Notes: generated by a model from the sequence alone, not told the origin. Positions 11,731-26,427 are shown, numbered from the stretch's first letter. The stretch: DNA of 64,000 bases from an uncultured Gammaproteobacteria bacterium (GCA_963748215.1 CAVVHS010000006.1:224001-288000), one strand, 5' to 3'. A program made the numbers and translations.

Positions 11731-12888
11731 ATGCCGTTGCGCATCGGCATCATCGCGGGTGAGGCTTCTGGCGACACGATTGCGGCGGGGTTGATCGGCG
11801 CGATTCGCGAACAGGTCCCGGACGCGGTGTTCGAGGGCGTTGCAGGACCGCGCATGCAGGCAGCCGGCTGCCACAGCCTGTTTCCGATGGAGCGCCTGTC
11901 GGTCATGGGACTGACCGAGGTACTGTCACACCTGCCCGGCCTGCTGGCCATGCGTCGCGCGTTGCGGCTGCATTTCACCGCCGCGCCACCCGACGTGTTC
12001 ATCGGTGTGGATGCGCCGGATTTCAACCTGGGCCTGGAGCGTTCGCTGAAACAGGCCGGCATCAAAACGCTGCATTATGTCAGCCCGTCGGTGTGGGCCT
12101 GGCGTCGCTACCGGGTGCGCAAGATCGCCGCCAGCGTGGACTGCATGCTGACCCTGTTTCCCTTCGAGGCGCGCTTCTATCACGAACAGCAGATCCCGGC
12201 ACGCTTTGTCGGTCACCCGCTGGCAGACCTGATCGCGGACGACATCGACCGCGATACGGCGCGCGAGCAACTTGGCATCGCGCCTGCCGGACCGCTGGTG
12301 GCGCTGTTGCCGGGCAGCCGGGTCAGCGAGGTCAGGCGCCTGGCGAGACCGCTGCTCGAGGCAGCTGCGTGGTGCCGGGCGCAGCGTGACGAGCTGGAAT
12401 TCGTCGTACCGGTGGCCAGTGACAGCTGCCGGGCGGTGTTCGAACAGGTACTGGCGGAAGTCGATGCGACGCTGCCGGTCACCCTGCTGGCGGGTCAGGG
12501 ACTGGAGGCAATGGCCGCTGCCGATGCGGTCATGCTGGCCTCGGGGACCGCCACGCTCGAGTGCATGCTGCTGAAGCGTCCCATGGTGGTGGCCTACCGC
12601 CTGTCGACGCTGACCTACCGCCTGGCACGGCTGCTGGTCCGGACGCCGTTCTACTCGCTGCCCAACCTGCTGGCCGGCCGGCCACTGGTCGCCGAACTGA
12701 TCCAGGACGAGGCCACCGCGGAAAACCTCGGCCGGGAGGTGCTGGCGCTGCTCGATGATCCGGCACGGGTCGAGGCGCTGCGGCGTACGTTCGCCGGGCT
12801 GCATGCGGAGTTGCGCCGCGATGCCAGTCGCAGCGCGGCAACGGCTGTATTGCAACTCGTTGCGCTCGGGCACTGCGATGGAGGTTGA
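11731..12888 (+). CDS. lpxB: Lipid-A-disaccharide synthase
   Basis: [23 protein letters not shown] and SGTATLE motifs. Confidence 0.96.
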   Translation: MPLRIGIIAGEASGDTIAAGLIGAIREQVPDAVFEGVAGPRMQAAGCHSLFPMERLSVMGLTEVLSHLPGLLAMRRALRLHFTAAPPDVFIGVDAPDFNLGLERSLKQAGIKTLHYVSPSVWAWRRYRVRKIAASVDCMLTLFPFEARFYHEQQIPARFVGHPLADLIADDIDRDTAREQLGIAPAGPLVALLPGSRVSEVRRLARPLLEAAAWCRAQRDELEFVVPVASDSCRAVFEQVLAEVDATLPVTLLAGQGLEAMAAADAVMLASGTATLECMLLKRPMVVAYRLSTLTYRLARLLVRTPFYSLPNLLAGRPLVAELIQDEATAENLGREVLALLDDPARVEALRRTFAGLHAELRRDASRSAATAVLQLVALGHCDGG

Positions 12889-13471
12889 AATTGTCCTGCC
12901 GCCGGGACGCGTGGCCGGCGTCGACGAGGCCGGGCGCGGGCCGCTGGCCGGCCCGGTGATCGCCGCCGCGGTCATCCTCGATCCCCTGCGACCGATTGCC
13001 GGTTTGCGCGATTCCAAGTGCCTCGGTGCCAACCGACGGGAACGGCTGTATGAAGAAATCACGCAGCATGCGCTGGCGTGGGCGGTGGGGCGCGCGGAGG
13101 TCACGGAGATCGACCGGATCAATATCCTGCAGGCGACCTTGCGGGCGATGCAGCGCGCGGTCAACGCGCTGCACCCCCGTGCCGAGCATGTGCTGGTGGA
13201 TGGCAACCGCTGTCCCGAGCTGGCCTGTCCTGCACAGGCCATCGTCAGGGGCGACAGCCGCGTCGCGGCAATCAGTGCCGCTTCCATCATCGCCAAGGTG
13301 AGTCGTGACCGGGAAATGATCGAGCTGGATGCGCGCTACCCCGGTTATGGCCTGGCGCAGCACAAGGGCTATCCCGTCAAGGCGCACCTGCAGGCCCTGG
13401 AGGCGCTCGGACCGACGCCGCAGCACCGGCAATCCTTTGCACCGGTCAGGCGTGTTGCGCGACGGGCCTGA
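12878..13471 (+). CDS. rnhB: Ribonuclease HII
   Basis: [25 protein letters not shown] and HKGY motifs. Confidence 0.96.
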   Translation: MEVEIVLPPGRVAGVDEAGRGPLAGPVIAAAVILDPLRPIAGLRDSKCLGANRRERLYEEITQHALAWAVGRAEVTEIDRINILQATLRAMQRAVNALHPRAEHVLVDGNRCPELACPAQAIVRGDSRVAAISAASIIAKVSRDREMIELDARYPGYGLAQHKGYPVKAHLQALEALGPTPQHRQSFAPVRRVARRA

Positions 13472-14561
13472 GATCAGGCGTAGGCAAGCCGTCTTCCATA
13501 TCTTTCACGTAGTTGGTCACGCGATTGCGGCCGCACTGCTTGCTGCTGTAGAGGGCAAGGTCGGCCTTGTCGAGTACCGTGGCCGCTTCGTCGACACCTT
13601 CCGGGAAATTGGCAAGGCCGATACTGGCGGTCGCGGCGATGCACTGCCCCCTGGCGCTGAGGGTCGTGTTGGTGATGGTGGAGCGGATGCGTTCCGCGCT
13701 GGTGCGGGCACTGTCCAGACCGGTGTGGGACATGAGGATCACGAATTCGTCACCGCCGTAGCGTGCCAGGACATCAGAGGTGCGCACGCAGCGCTGCAAT
13801 GCCTGTCCCACGGCCTGGATCATGCGGCTGCCGGTTGAATGTCCGTACAGGTCGTTGACCTGCTTGAGACCGTCCAGGTCGATCATGATCAGGGTCAGCG
13901 ATTCGTCATAGCGTGACGCGCGTGCTATCTCGCGTTTCAGGATGGTGTTGAAGGCGCGCATATTGAGCAGGCCGGTCAGTTCGTCGGTCTGCGACAGCAG
14001 CATGATCTTGCGCTTGGCGGCAAGGATGTCCGCGGCGAGAATGGAGGTCACGGCGGCGACCAGCAGGAACGGGGAGAACTTCGCCATCAGCAGGGTGAAG
14101 GTCTGCGGCGAGAATATATCGCTGGAGAATTGCTGATAGCCCATGAGCAGGTAGCAGCTCGCGATCAGCAATACCTCCAGTAACGTCATGGCCTTGCCAA
14201 GGGTGATCGCGCTGGCGATGATCACCAGCAGGTACAGATTCAGCAGCGGACTTTCGATCTGGCCGGTATGCTGCAATACGATGGTGATGAAAATGACCAT
14301 CACCCAGGTTTCGATCGCCAGCTTGAACCGGGTGTCGCGGGCATGGATATTCATATAGCGAAACACCAGCACGAAACCGGCATAGGCGACCATGGACAGG
14401 ATGATGGCATCCGGCGAGCTGATTTCGCCGGTCGGTATGAAAAAGTACACCAGCACCAGAATGAGCAGCAGCCAGTGCAGGTCTGCCATGCTGTGCGAGA
14501 AACTCTTCAGTTCCTCGGCCTCGAATATGTTGCAGAGTTGTTTGCTATGGGGTGAGTGCAT
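13446..14561 (-). CDS. Membrane-bound diguanylate cyclase (multi-TM N-terminus plus GGDEF)
   Basis: About 5-6 hydrophobic segments, then [18 protein letters not shown] and [14 protein letters not shown] (intact A-site and RxxD I-site). Confidence 0.92.
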   Translation of the reverse strand: MHSPHSKQLCNIFEAEELKSFSHSMADLHWLLLILVLVYFFIPTGEISSPDAIILSMVAYAGFVLVFRYMNIHARDTRFKLAIETWVMVIFITIVLQHTGQIESPLLNLYLLVIIASAITLGKAMTLLEVLLIASCYLLMGYQQFSSDIFSPQTFTLLMAKFSPFLLVAAVTSILAADILAAKRKIMLLSQTDELTGLLNMRAFNTILKREIARASRYDESLTLIMIDLDGLKQVNDLYGHSTGSRMIQAVGQALQRCVRTSDVLARYGGDEFVILMSHTGLDSARTSAERIRSTITNTTLSARGQCIAATASIGLANFPEGVDEAATVLDKADLALYSSKQCGRNRVTNYVKDMEDGLPTPDLRPVAQHA

Positions 14562-14689
14562 GATCAGGGGACGTACACAGGTTGCTGTGGTACAGCCTGT
14601 ATCGACCAGAAGTCGCTGAAAATTAGCGTGATCCGCTTCCCGGTGCCGGGAATTACCCGCGTCTCGGGCTCAGCGCCCGGGATTTACCA

Positions 14690-14760
14690 GGATGGATTAT
14701 ATTTATTCATGAATAACAAATGGTTATTTAATATACTTAAACCATTTTAATGTTGTGATT
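14690..14760. promoter_or_regulatory. AT-rich divergent promoter region with an IHF-like site and an inverted repeat
   Basis: TAACAAATGGTTA (14714-14726) matches WATCAANNNNTTR with one mismatch; AAATGGTT (14718-25) and AACCATTT (14740-47) form an inverted repeat. Confidence 0.45.
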
Positions 14761-14800
14761 CGGCTTGCAACCGGCCGGCTAAAAACGGACACTTTTTTCT

Positions 14801-17800
14801 ATGCCACCCGCCTTTGTCCACCTCCACGTCCACACCGAATATTCGCTGGTCAACGGAACCGTGCGTATCAAGCCGCTGGTCAGGCGTGTCGCCGGGGCCG
14901 GTATGCCGGCCGTGGCGGTCACCGACCAGTGCAACATGTTTTCCATGGTGAAGTTCTACCGTGCCGCGATGGCGGCGGGTGTGAAACCGATCGTGGGTGT
15001 CGATGTGTGGGTGGCCGATCCCGGCGCGGAAGGTCAGCCGGCACGCCTGGTGCTGCTGTGCAAGTCGCGTGACGGCTACCTGAATCTCACCCGCCTGGTA
15101 TCGCGCGCCTACACGCAGGGTCAGCACCGCGGTATACCGGTGCTGGAACCGGACTGGTTCGACGGCTGCACGGACGGGCTGATCGCGCTGTCCGGCGGTG
15201 TGGCGGGCAATATCGGCCGGGCATTGCTGGCGAACCGGCAGGAACTGGCCGGGCAGGCACTGGCGGCCTGGCTGCGGCTGTTTCCGGACAGTTTTTACCT
15301 CGAGCTGCAACGCACCGGGCGGCCCGGCGAGGAAGACTACCTGCACCGGGCCGTCGCACTGGCCGCCCGTCACGACGTGCCGGTGGTGGCCACCAACGAC
15401 GTGCATTTCCTGAAGCAGTCCGACTTCATCGCACACGAGGCGCGTGTCTGCATCAACGAAGGCCGCACGCTGGACGACCCGCGCCGCACCCGGCACTTTT
15501 CCGATCAGCAATACCTGCGCTCGCCGCAGGAGATGCAGGCACTGTTCGAGGATATTCCCGAGGCGCTGGAGAACACCGTCGAGATTGCGCGTCGCTGTAA
15601 CCTGGAACTCGAACTCGGCAAGAACTACCTGCCGGACTTCCCGGTCCCGGCCGGCACCGGCATGGCGGAATTTTTCCGCGTCCAGGCGGAGGAGGGGCTG
15701 GAGCAACGCTTGCAGCAGCTGTTCGACAGCCAGCAGCCGGATATCGAAGCCGTGCGCCAGCGCTACCGGGAGCGGCTCGCGCTCGAGATCGGCGTGATAC
15801 TGGAGATGGGTTTCCCCGGCTACTTCCTGATCGTCGCCGATTTCATCAAGTGGGCCAAGGCGAACGGCATCCCGGTCGGGCCGGGACGCGGTTCCGGCGC
15901 CGGCTCTCTGGTGGCGTATGCATTGACCATTACCGATCTCGACCCGTTGCGCTACGACCTGCTGTTCGAGCGATTCCTGAATCCCGAACGCGTATCCATG
16001 CCGGACTTCGACGTGGACTTCTGCATGGAGGGGCGCGACCGCGTGATCGACTATGTCGCCGAACGTTACGGGCGCGAAAAGGTTTCGCAGATCATTACCT
16101 ACGGTTCGATGGCGGCGAAGGCGGTGGTGCGCGATGTCGGACGCGTGCTGGGCCATCCCTATGGTTTCACCGACCGCATCGCCAAGCTGATCCCGTTCGA
16201 GATCGGCATAACGCTGGACAAGGCGCTGGAACAGGAGCCGCAGCTGGCCGAGCTGTACGAAAACGACGAGGATGTGCAGGCCATGATCGACCTGGCCCGC
16301 TCGCTGGAAGGCCTGTCGCGCAATGCCGGCAAGCATGCCGGCGGCGTGGTCATCGCTCCCTCGAAACTGACCGACTTCACGCCGCTGTACTGCGAGCAGG
16401 GCGGCGACGCGGTGGTCAGCCAGTTCGACAAGGACGACGTCGAGGCGGTCGGCCTGGTGAAGTTCGATTTCCTCGGCCTGCGCACGCTGACTATCATCGA
16501 CTGGGCGCTGAAGACCATCAACCGCCAGCGCGCGGCCAGCGGCCAGCCGCCGGTGGACATCAGCAGCCTGCCACTGAACGACGAACCGACCTTCACACTG
16601 CTCAAGGCATCAGGCACGACCGCGGTGTTCCAGCTGGAATCGAGTGGCATGAAGGACCTGATCCGGCGCCTGCAGCCGGATAGCTTCGAGGACATCGTGG
16701 CGCTGGTGGCACTGTTCCGCCCCGGCCCGCTGCAGTCCGGCATGGTCGACGACTTCATCGCGCGCAAGCACGGCGCCGAGATCAAGTATCCGCACCCGGA
16801 GCTGATACCGATCCTGAAGCCCACCTACGGCATCATTCTTTACCAGGAACAGGTGATGCAGATCGCCCAGGTGCTGGCCGGCTACACCCTGGGCGGCGCG
16901 GACATGCTGCGCCGCGCGATGGGCAAGAAGAAGCCCGAGGAGATGGCCAAGCAGCGCTCGATATTCCAGGAAGGCGCGCTCGCGCGCGGCGTCGACGCGG
17001 ACGTGGCCGCCTACATCTTCGACCTGATGGAGAAGTTCGCCGGTTACGGTTTCAACAAGAGCCACTCGGCGGCCTACGCACTGCTCTCCTACCAGACGGC
17101 CTGGCTGAAGGCGCATTATCCCGCGGCGTTCATGGCCGCGGTGCTGTCGGCGGACATGGACAATACCGACAAGGTGGTGCACCTGATTGCCGAGTGCCGC
17201 GACATGAAGCTGAAGGTCGTGCCGCCGGACGTCAACCGTTCCGACTACCACTTCACCGCGCAGACGGATGACACCATCATCTACGGGCTCGGTGCCATCA
17301 AGGGCGTCGGCCAGGCCGCCATCGAGGGCATGCTGGCCGAACGCGCCGCGGCTGGCGCCTTCGCCGACCTGTTCGATTTCTGCCAGCGCGTCGACCTGCG
17401 CAAGCTGAACCGGCGTGTGATCGATGCCCTGATCCGCGCCGGCGCACTCGATTCGATGGGCGAGACGCGCGCCTCGCACACCGCGAACATCACCCAGGCG
17501 CTGAAACTGGCCGAGCAGCGCAGCCGCGACCTGGATACCGGCCAGAACGACCTGTTCGGCGAGAGCGCGGCCGCAGTGCCGGCGCCGCCGCCCGCGCGCG
17601 CGGTGCTGCCCGAATGGGAGGAGGAGCAGCGCCTGCAGGGCGAGATGGATGCGCTCGGCCTGTACCTGACCGGTCACCCGATCACGCGCTATGCACCGGA
17701 ACTGGCGCACATCGTCAGCGGCAAGCTGGCCGAACTCGAACAGGTGTGCGCCGCCATGCCGGCCACCACCACCAGCCGGCCCGGCCGGCCGGGCAATGGC

Positions 17801-18313
17801 GAACGCGCGGTGACCATCGCCGGACTCGTGATGAGCATGCGCGTGCGCAAAACCCAGCGTGGCGGGAAAATCGCGTTCCTGACCCTGGATGACAATACTG
17901 CGCGGCTCGACGTGCGTGTGTTTCCCGAAGTATTCGAAAAGCACCAGGCGCTGCTGGGCAAGGACAAGGTGCTGGTGATCCAGGGCGGATTCGGTCCGGA
18001 CGACTATACCGGCGGCAACCAGGTGACGGCGCAGTGCATCTATGACATCAACCAGGCGCGCGAACTTTTCGCGCGGCGCCTGGTGGTGGGGGTCGAGGCC
18101 GCGCAGGCGGGCAACGGCTTCGTGGGCAGCCTGGCGGACATCCTGCAGCCGTTCCGCCAGGGGCATTGCCGGGTATGCATCGACTATGCCGGCGGCGCGG
18201 CCCGCGCGCGTCTGGCGCTGGGCGAGGAATGGGCCGTGCATCCCACCGACGAGTTGCTGCACCGCCTGCGCGAGCTGGCGGGCCGGGACAGCGTACAGGT
18301 GGAGTATGCGTGA
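14801..18313 (+). CDS. dnaE: DNA polymerase III alpha subunit
   Basis: FVHLHVHTEYS PHP domain, GPGRGSGAGS, SMPDFDVDF and FAGYGFNKSHSAAY. Confidence 0.98.
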   Translation: MPPAFVHLHVHTEYSLVNGTVRIKPLVRRVAGAGMPAVAVTDQCNMFSMVKFYRAAMAAGVKPIVGVDVWVADPGAEGQPARLVLLCKSRDGYLNLTRLVSRAYTQGQHRGIPVLEPDWFDGCTDGLIALSGGVAGNIGRALLANRQELAGQALAAWLRLFPDSFYLELQRTGRPGEEDYLHRAVALAARHDVPVVATNDVHFLKQSDFIAHEARVCINEGRTLDDPRRTRHFSDQQYLRSPQEMQALFEDIPEALENTVEIARRCNLELELGKNYLPDFPVPAGTGMAEFFRVQAEEGLEQRLQQLFDSQQPDIEAVRQRYRERLALEIGVILEMGFPGYFLIVADFIKWAKANGIPVGPGRGSGAGSLVAYALTITDLDPLRYDLLFERFLNPERVSMPDFDVDFCMEGRDRVIDYVAERYGREKVSQIITYGSMAAKAVVRDVGRVLGHPYGFTDRIAKLIPFEIGITLDKALEQEPQLAELYENDEDVQAMIDLARSLEGLSRNAGKHAGGVVIAPSKLTDFTPLYCEQGGDAVVSQFDKDDVEAVGLVKFDFLGLRTLTIIDWALKTINRQRAASGQPPVDISSLPLNDEPTFTLLKASGTTAVFQLESSGMKDLIRRLQPDSFEDIVALVALFRPGPLQSGMVDDFIARKHGAEIKYPHPELIPILKPTYGIILYQEQVMQIAQVLAGYTLGGADMLRRAMGKKKPEEMAKQRSIFQEGALARGVDADVAAYIFDLMEKFAGYGFNKSHSAAYALLSYQTAWLKAHYPAAFMAAVLSADMDNTDKVVHLIAECRDMKLKVVPPDVNRSDYHFTAQTDDTIIYGLGAIKGVGQAAIEGMLAERAAAGAFADLFDFCQRVDLRKLNRRVIDALIRAGALDSMGETRASHTANITQALKLAEQRSRDLDTGQNDLFGESAAAVPAPPPARAVLPEWEEEQRLQGEMDALGLYLTGHPITRYAPELAHIVSGKLAELEQVCAAMPATTTSRPGRPGNGERAVTIAGLVMSMRVRKTQRGGKIAFLTLDDNTARLDVRVFPEVFEKHQALLGKDKVLVIQGGFGPDDYTGGNQVTAQCIYDINQARELFARRLVVGVEAAQAGNGFVGSLADILQPFRQGHCRVCIDYAGGAARARLALGEEWAVHPTDELLHRLRELAGRDSVQVEYA

Positions 18314-18388
18314 AGTGCCGGCTGACTTGTCTCGCCGGGTCGGAAACGTTACCTTAGACGCTTTCCCGAAGCGCCCCCGGACTATCTG

Positions 18389-19349
18389 ATGAACCTCAAC
18401 TTTCTCGAATTCGAGCAGCCGATCGCCGAGCTGGAGGCGAAGATCGACGAGCTGCATTATGTCAGTGGCGACACCGACATCAATATCAGCGAGGAAGTCG
18501 GAAAGCTCAAGGCCAAAAGCCGCGACCTGACCGAATCGATCTTTGCCAACCTTACGCCCTGGCAGATCTCGCAGCTGGCGCGGCACCCGCAGCGCCCCTA
18601 CACCATGGACTACATCATTCGCCTGTTCACCGATTTCGAGGAACTGCACGGCGACCGCCACTACGGTGACGACAACGCCATCGTCGGCGGACTCGCGCGT
18701 CTCGATGGGATGCCGGTGATGGTGATCGGTCAGCAGAAGGGACGCGACACCAAGGAGAAGCTGCAACGCAATTTCGGCATGCCGCGTCCCGAGGGTTATC
18801 GCAAGGCGCTGCGGCTGATGCAGATGGCGGAGCGTTTCGGTCTGCCGGTGCTGACCTTCATCGACACGCCGGGCGCCTATCCCGGCATCGGTGCCGAGGA
18901 GCGCGGCCAGAGCGAGGCCATTGCACGCAACCTGCTGGTGATGTCGCGCCTGCGTACACCGATCATCTGCACCGTGATCGGCGAGGGCGGCTCGGGCGGT
19001 GCGCTGGCCATCGGTGTCGGCGATCTCACCCTGATGCTGCAATACAGCACCTACTCGGTGATCTCGCCCGAGGGTTGCGCCTCGATCCTGTGGAAGAGCG
19101 CGGAGAAGGCGTCCGACGCCGCGGAGGCACTGGGCATTACCTCGGCGCGGCTCAGCGAGCTGGGGCTGGTCGACAGAGGTGATCAAGGAGCCGCTCGGCG
19201 GCGCGCACCGCGACGTGGACGGCGCGGCCGAGAACCTCAGGCAGGTGCTGGTCGAATCGCTGCAAAAGCTCGGTGGCAAGTCACTGGACAAGCTCGTCGA
19301 GGCTCGCTACAAGCGCCTGATGGCCTACGGGCAGTTCAGCGAGCGCTAG
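18389..19349 (+). CDS. accA: Acetyl-CoA carboxylase carboxyltransferase alpha (apparent +1 indel near 19175)
   Basis: ARHPQRPY and [17 protein letters not shown] motifs; removing one base at GTCGACAGAG restores [14 protein letters not shown]...RYKRLMAYG, ending TAG at 19349. Confidence 0.93.
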
Positions 19350-19429
19350 GCAGCGGTATCGCGGTGCAGGCAACGATGTGATCCGGACGCCGTATTGTGC
19401 GGCAGTCATCGGATACGTGTAGTCCTGTC

Positions 19430-20797
19430 GTGACATTTTCCCCCCAGACACTGCTGCACCGCCTGCAGCAATATCCGCAGCCGGCCGGCTACCAGGTGGC
19501 TTTCAGCGGCGGCATGGATTCGCACGTGCTGCTGCATGCCATGGCCGGGCTGCGTACGCAGCTGGCGGCGCCCGTCGGTGCGGTGCATGTGAATCACGGT
19601 CTGCAGGCCGACGCGGTGCGCTGGGATGCGCATTGCCGCGCGGTATGCGCCGGGCTCGGCCTCGACTATGCCGCGCTGGCGGTGGATGCGCGTGCCGGCC
19701 AGGGTGACAGCCCGGAGGCCGCGGCGCGCACCGCGCGCTATGACGCCCTGGCCGACTGGCTGCCGGCCGGTCATTGCCTGCTGACCGCCCAGCACCGCGA
19801 CGACCAGGCCGAGACCCTGCTGTTGCAGCTGCTGCGCGGGGCCGGCGTGCACGGCCTGGCCGCCATGCCGGTCCATGGCGATTTCGGCGCAGGTACGCGC
19901 CTGCGGCCGCTGCTGGAGGTGGCGCGCGACGCGCTGCGCGCCTATGCCGGGCGGCACCGGCTGGGCTGGGTGGACGATCCGAGCAATTTCGACACCGGTT
20001 TTGATCGCAATTACCTGCGCCACTGCGTACTGCCCGCGTTGCAGGCCCGCTGGCCCGCCGCCAGCACGAGCCTGGCGCGCAGCGCGGCGCACCAGGCCGA
20101 GGCGGCGGCGCTGCTGGAGTATGTCGCGGCGCGGGACCTGCGGGCCGCGGCGGCCTCGGCGGCCAACCAGCTGCGATTGCCCGTCATCGCCGGCCTGCCG
20201 GCGCCCCGGCAGCGCAATGTCGTGCGCCACTGGCTCAGGCAGCTGACCGGCGGCACACCGTCAGCCGCCGTGCTGGAGCGTATCCTGCACGATGTGCCGT
20301 GCAGCCGGGCGGACGCGGAGCCCTGCGTGCGCTGGGGTGGTTTCGAGCTGCGCCGCTACCGCGACACGCTTTACCTGCTGCCCCAGCTGCCGCCGCCGGA
20401 CCCGGCACGGTGGCTGCCGTGGTCGCTTGCCGAAGCGCTCGCGCTGCCTGCGCAGGGCGGCGTGCTCAGCGCGCGCCGGCAGGCGGGGCAGGGCATTCGC
20501 CAGGCCGCCATCGGCGCCGCCGGCGTACGCGTGGGCTGGCGCCGCGGGGGCGAACGCTGCGCGCCGGCAGGGCGTGGCCAGCACCATGCACTGAAGAAGC
20601 TGTTCCAGGAAGCCGGTATCCCGCCCTGGCAGCGTGCGCGTATTCCCCTGATCTTCATCGACCGGCAGCTCGCAGCCGTGCCCGGGCTGTGGGTATGCGA
20701 GCCGTTCCAGGCCGGGCCCGGCGAGCCCGGCGTGCAGATCGACTGGGATGACCCGGTAACGGCCGCGCAGGGGCGGCCGATTTGTCCGCCTGGGTAA
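19430..20797 (+). CDS. tilS: tRNA(Ile)-lysidine synthetase
   Basis: AFSGGMDS PP-loop, HVNHGLQ, AQHRDDQAET and LKKLFQEAGIPPWQR. Confidence 0.95.
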   Translation: MTFSPQTLLHRLQQYPQPAGYQVAFSGGMDSHVLLHAMAGLRTQLAAPVGAVHVNHGLQADAVRWDAHCRAVCAGLGLDYAALAVDARAGQGDSPEAAARTARYDALADWLPAGHCLLTAQHRDDQAETLLLQLLRGAGVHGLAAMPVHGDFGAGTRLRPLLEVARDALRAYAGRHRLGWVDDPSNFDTGFDRNYLRHCVLPALQARWPAASTSLARSAAHQAEAAALLEYVAARDLRAAAASAANQLRLPVIAGLPAPRQRNVVRHWLRQLTGGTPSAAVLERILHDVPCSRADAEPCVRWGGFELRRYRDTLYLLPQLPPPDPARWLPWSLAEALALPAQGGVLSARRQAGQGIRQAAIGAAGVRVGWRRGGERCAPAGRGQHHALKKLFQEAGIPPWQRARIPLIFIDRQLAAVPGLWVCEPFQAGPGEPGVQIDWDDPVTAAQGRPICPPG

Positions 20798-22548
<1,751 letters not shown>

Positions 22549-22577
22549 ATGCCGCTTCACACCCAGGCGAACCCAGC

Positions 22578-23417
22578 ATGAAACTGTGTCACTTCGAGGC
22601 CGGCCTCGATCATCCGCTGTTCCTGATTGCCGGACCCTGCGTCATCGAGAGTGCGCAACTGGCACTCGACACCGCCGGCCAGCTCAAGGAGATTACCGCG
22701 GCACTCGGCATGCCGTTCATCTACAAATCATCCTTCGACAAGGCCAACCGCTCCTCGCACACGAGTTTCCGCGGTCCCGGCCTGGAGGAGGGGCTGCGCA
22801 TCCTCGCCGAGGTCAAGGCGCAGATCGGCGTGCCGGTGCTGACCGACGTGCACGAGGACACGCCGCTGGCCGAGGTGGCCGCCGTGGTCGACGTGCTGCA
22901 GACCCCGGCCTTCCTGTGCCGGCAGACCAATTTCATCCAGAACGTTGCGCGCCAGGGCAAGCCGGTCAACATCAAGAAGGGCCAGTTCCTGGCGCCTGGG
23001 ACATGAAGAACGTGTCCGACAAGGCGCGCGCGACCGGCAACGACCAGATCATGGTGTGCGAGCGCGGTGTTTCGTTCGGCTACAACAACCTGGTCTCCGA
23101 CATGCGCTCGCTGGCGGTGATGCGCGACACCGGCGTGCCCGGTGGTGTTCGATGCCACGCACTCGGTGCAGCTGCCCGGCGGGCAGGGCGACCGCTCCGG
23201 CGGCCAGCGCGAGTTCGTGCCGGTGCTGGCGCGTGCCGCCGTCGCGGCCGGCATCGCCGGCCTGTTCATGGAAACCCATCCGAACCCCGCGGTCGCGCTC
23301 AGCGACGGCCCGAATGCCTGGCCGCTCGGACAGATGCGCGAGCTGCTGGCCACGCTGCAGGCGATCGATGCCGTCATCAAGGGTGGTGCGCTGCCGGAAA
23401 CGGCGCTCATGCAATAG
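22578..23417 (+). CDS. kdsA: KDO8P synthase (compensating indels near 22996 and 23136)
   Basis: [38 protein letters not shown] and [11 protein letters not shown]. Confidence 0.93.
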
Positions 23418-23435
23418 CTGATAAAAATTCTTTAA

Positions 23436-24755
<1,320 letters not shown>

Positions 24756-24799
24756 GTGCGCGCCATCGGCCGGTACGGAGGACGCCCGGACAAGCCGCA

Positions 24800-25069
24800 A
24801 TGAAGAAGGTGGTCATCGTGCTGTTGCTGCTGCTGGTCTACCTGCAGTACCGTCTGTGGTTCGGTGACGGCAGCCTGCAGGAGGTCTGGCAGCTGCACCG
24901 CGAGGTCGAGGCGCAGCGCGAGGAGAACCTGCTACTGCGCGAGCGCAACGACGCACTGGATGCCGAGGTGCTGGACCTGCAGCAGGGCCTGGATGCCATC
25001 GAGGAACGCGCACGCGAGGACCTCGGCATGGTCAAGGAAGGCGAGACCTTCTACCAGATCGTGGAGTAG
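24800..25069 (+). CDS. ftsB: Cell division protein FtsB
   Basis: N-terminal TM, LQYRLWFGDG, coiled coil and IEERAREDLGMVKEGETFY. Confidence 0.95.
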   Translation: MKKVVIVLLLLLVYLQYRLWFGDGSLQEVWQLHREVEAQREENLLLRERNDALDAEVLDLQQGLDAIEERAREDLGMVKEGETFYQIVE

Positions 25070-25119
25070 GGATGCCGGCTTCCAGCCACCATCTTTCAGC
25101 CCGCAGCCCCAACAAACGT

Positions 25120-25149
25120 AAACGGGGACAGACCGCGTTTTTTTGTCCC
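25120..25149. repeat. Single REP-like unit GGGGACAGACCGCGTTT with GGGACA/TGTCCC hairpin
   Basis: Short palindrome between ftsB and ispD; resembles GGGGACAG-type intergenic repeats (recalled, not searched). Confidence 0.4.
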
Positions 25150-25159
25150 ACGGTTCGCC

Positions 25160-25882
25160 ATGACATCCGCTTCGCGGCCTGAGACACGCTACTGGGCCGT
25201 GGTGCCGGCCGCCGGCGCCGGCACGCGCATGGGCGCGGAGCTGCCCAAGCAATACCTGCCGCTCGGTGACAGGACTGTGCTCGAGCATACCCTGGATGCA
25301 TTGCTGGCCTGCGACGTGCTGTCCGGGATCGTGGTGGTGGTCGCGGAACACGACACGCGCTGGGCGGCGATCGGACAGCGCTACCGGGAACGCCCGCTGG
25401 TCAGTGTGACGGGCGGCGCGGAACGCTGTCACTCGGTGCTGAACGGCCTGCGCGAGCTTGCCACGCAGGCGTCGCCGCAGGACCGGGTGCTGGTGCACGA
25501 TGCTGCACGTCCCTGCCTGAGCGCCGACGACGTCGCCCGGCTGATCGAGACGGTGGGGGATGATGACAGCGGCGGTCTGCTGGGTGTGCCGGTGGCCGAT
25601 ACCATGAAGCGCGTGAACCATGCCGGGCGCATTAAGCAGACGGTCGAGCGCAACGGCCTGTGGCATGCACTGACGCCGCAACTGTTTCGCCTCGACCTGC
25701 TGGACGCGGCACTGGCTACCGCCATCGATGCCGGGATGGCAGTCACCGACGAGGCGTCCGCCATGGAGCACGCCGGCTATGCGCCGCGCATCGTGCAGGG
25801 CCGGCGCGACAACATCAAGATCACCCTGCCAGCCGACCTGGAACTGGCAGCCTTTTACCTGCAGGCGAGGACACCGCGATGA
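25160..25882 (+). CDS. ispD: 2-C-methyl-D-erythritol 4-phosphate cytidylyltransferase
   Basis: [27 protein letters not shown] and NIKIT motifs. Confidence 0.96.
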   Translation: MTSASRPETRYWAVVPAAGAGTRMGAELPKQYLPLGDRTVLEHTLDALLACDVLSGIVVVVAEHDTRWAAIGQRYRERPLVSVTGGAERCHSVLNGLRELATQASPQDRVLVHDAARPCLSADDVARLIETVGDDDSGGLLGVPVADTMKRVNHAGRIKQTVERNGLWHALTPQLFRLDLLDAALATAIDAGMAVTDEASAMEHAGYAPRIVQGRRDNIKITLPADLELAAFYLQARTPR

Positions 25883-26349
25883 GAATAGGTCAGGGTATAG
25901 ACGCGCATGCATTCAAGGAGGGCGGGACGCTGGTGCTCGGTGGCGTGATCATTCCGTATCCGCGCAGCCTGGAGGCGCATTCGGACGGCGACGTGGTGTT
26001 GCACGCGCTGTGCGATGCGTTGCTGGGTGCGGCCGGCCTGGGCGATATCGGTCGGCACTTCCCGCCCGGCGACCCGGCCTTCCGGGATATCGACAGCCGC
26101 CTCCTGCTGCGCAGAACCCTGGATATGATCATCGAGGAAGGTTGCAAGCTGGTCAACGCGGACATCACCGTGGTAGCGCAGGAACCGCGTCTGGCTCCGT
26201 TCATTGCCACCATGCGCGAACTGATCAGCACCGACCTGAAGGTCAGCGCCGACCGGATCAACATCAAGGCCACCACCACCGAGGGGCTGGGTTTCACCGG
26301 GCGTGGCGAGGGCATCGCCGCGTTTGCCGTTGCCTTGCTGGAAGACTGA
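25879..26349 (+). CDS. ispF: 2-C-methyl-D-erythritol 2,4-cyclodiphosphate synthase
   Basis: [20 protein letters not shown] and [16 protein letters not shown] motifs. Confidence 0.96.
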   Translation: MRIGQGIDAHAFKEGGTLVLGGVIIPYPRSLEAHSDGDVVLHALCDALLGAAGLGDIGRHFPPGDPAFRDIDSRLLLRRTLDMIIEEGCKLVNADITVVAQEPRLAPFIATMRELISTDLKVSADRINIKATTTEGLGFTGRGEGIAAFAVALLED

Positions 26350-26427
26350 TCGCTGACAACAGGCAAGCAGCCACCGTCGATGCGTATGAGCGCAAGGTCT
26401 GCACGAGAACATTCAGGAAGCGGTTAA

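Noticed and set aside
14801-18313. Intein or extra domain in DnaE
   Set aside because: The 1170-aa length is normal, with only short Pro/Ala/Thr linkers and no intein motifs.
16610-19291. Long antisense ORFs (893 aa here; also 6363-8267, 14747-16336, 23049-24800, 52971-54677)
   Set aside because: Shadow frames opposite well-conserved genes, expected from high GC3; no recognisable motifs.
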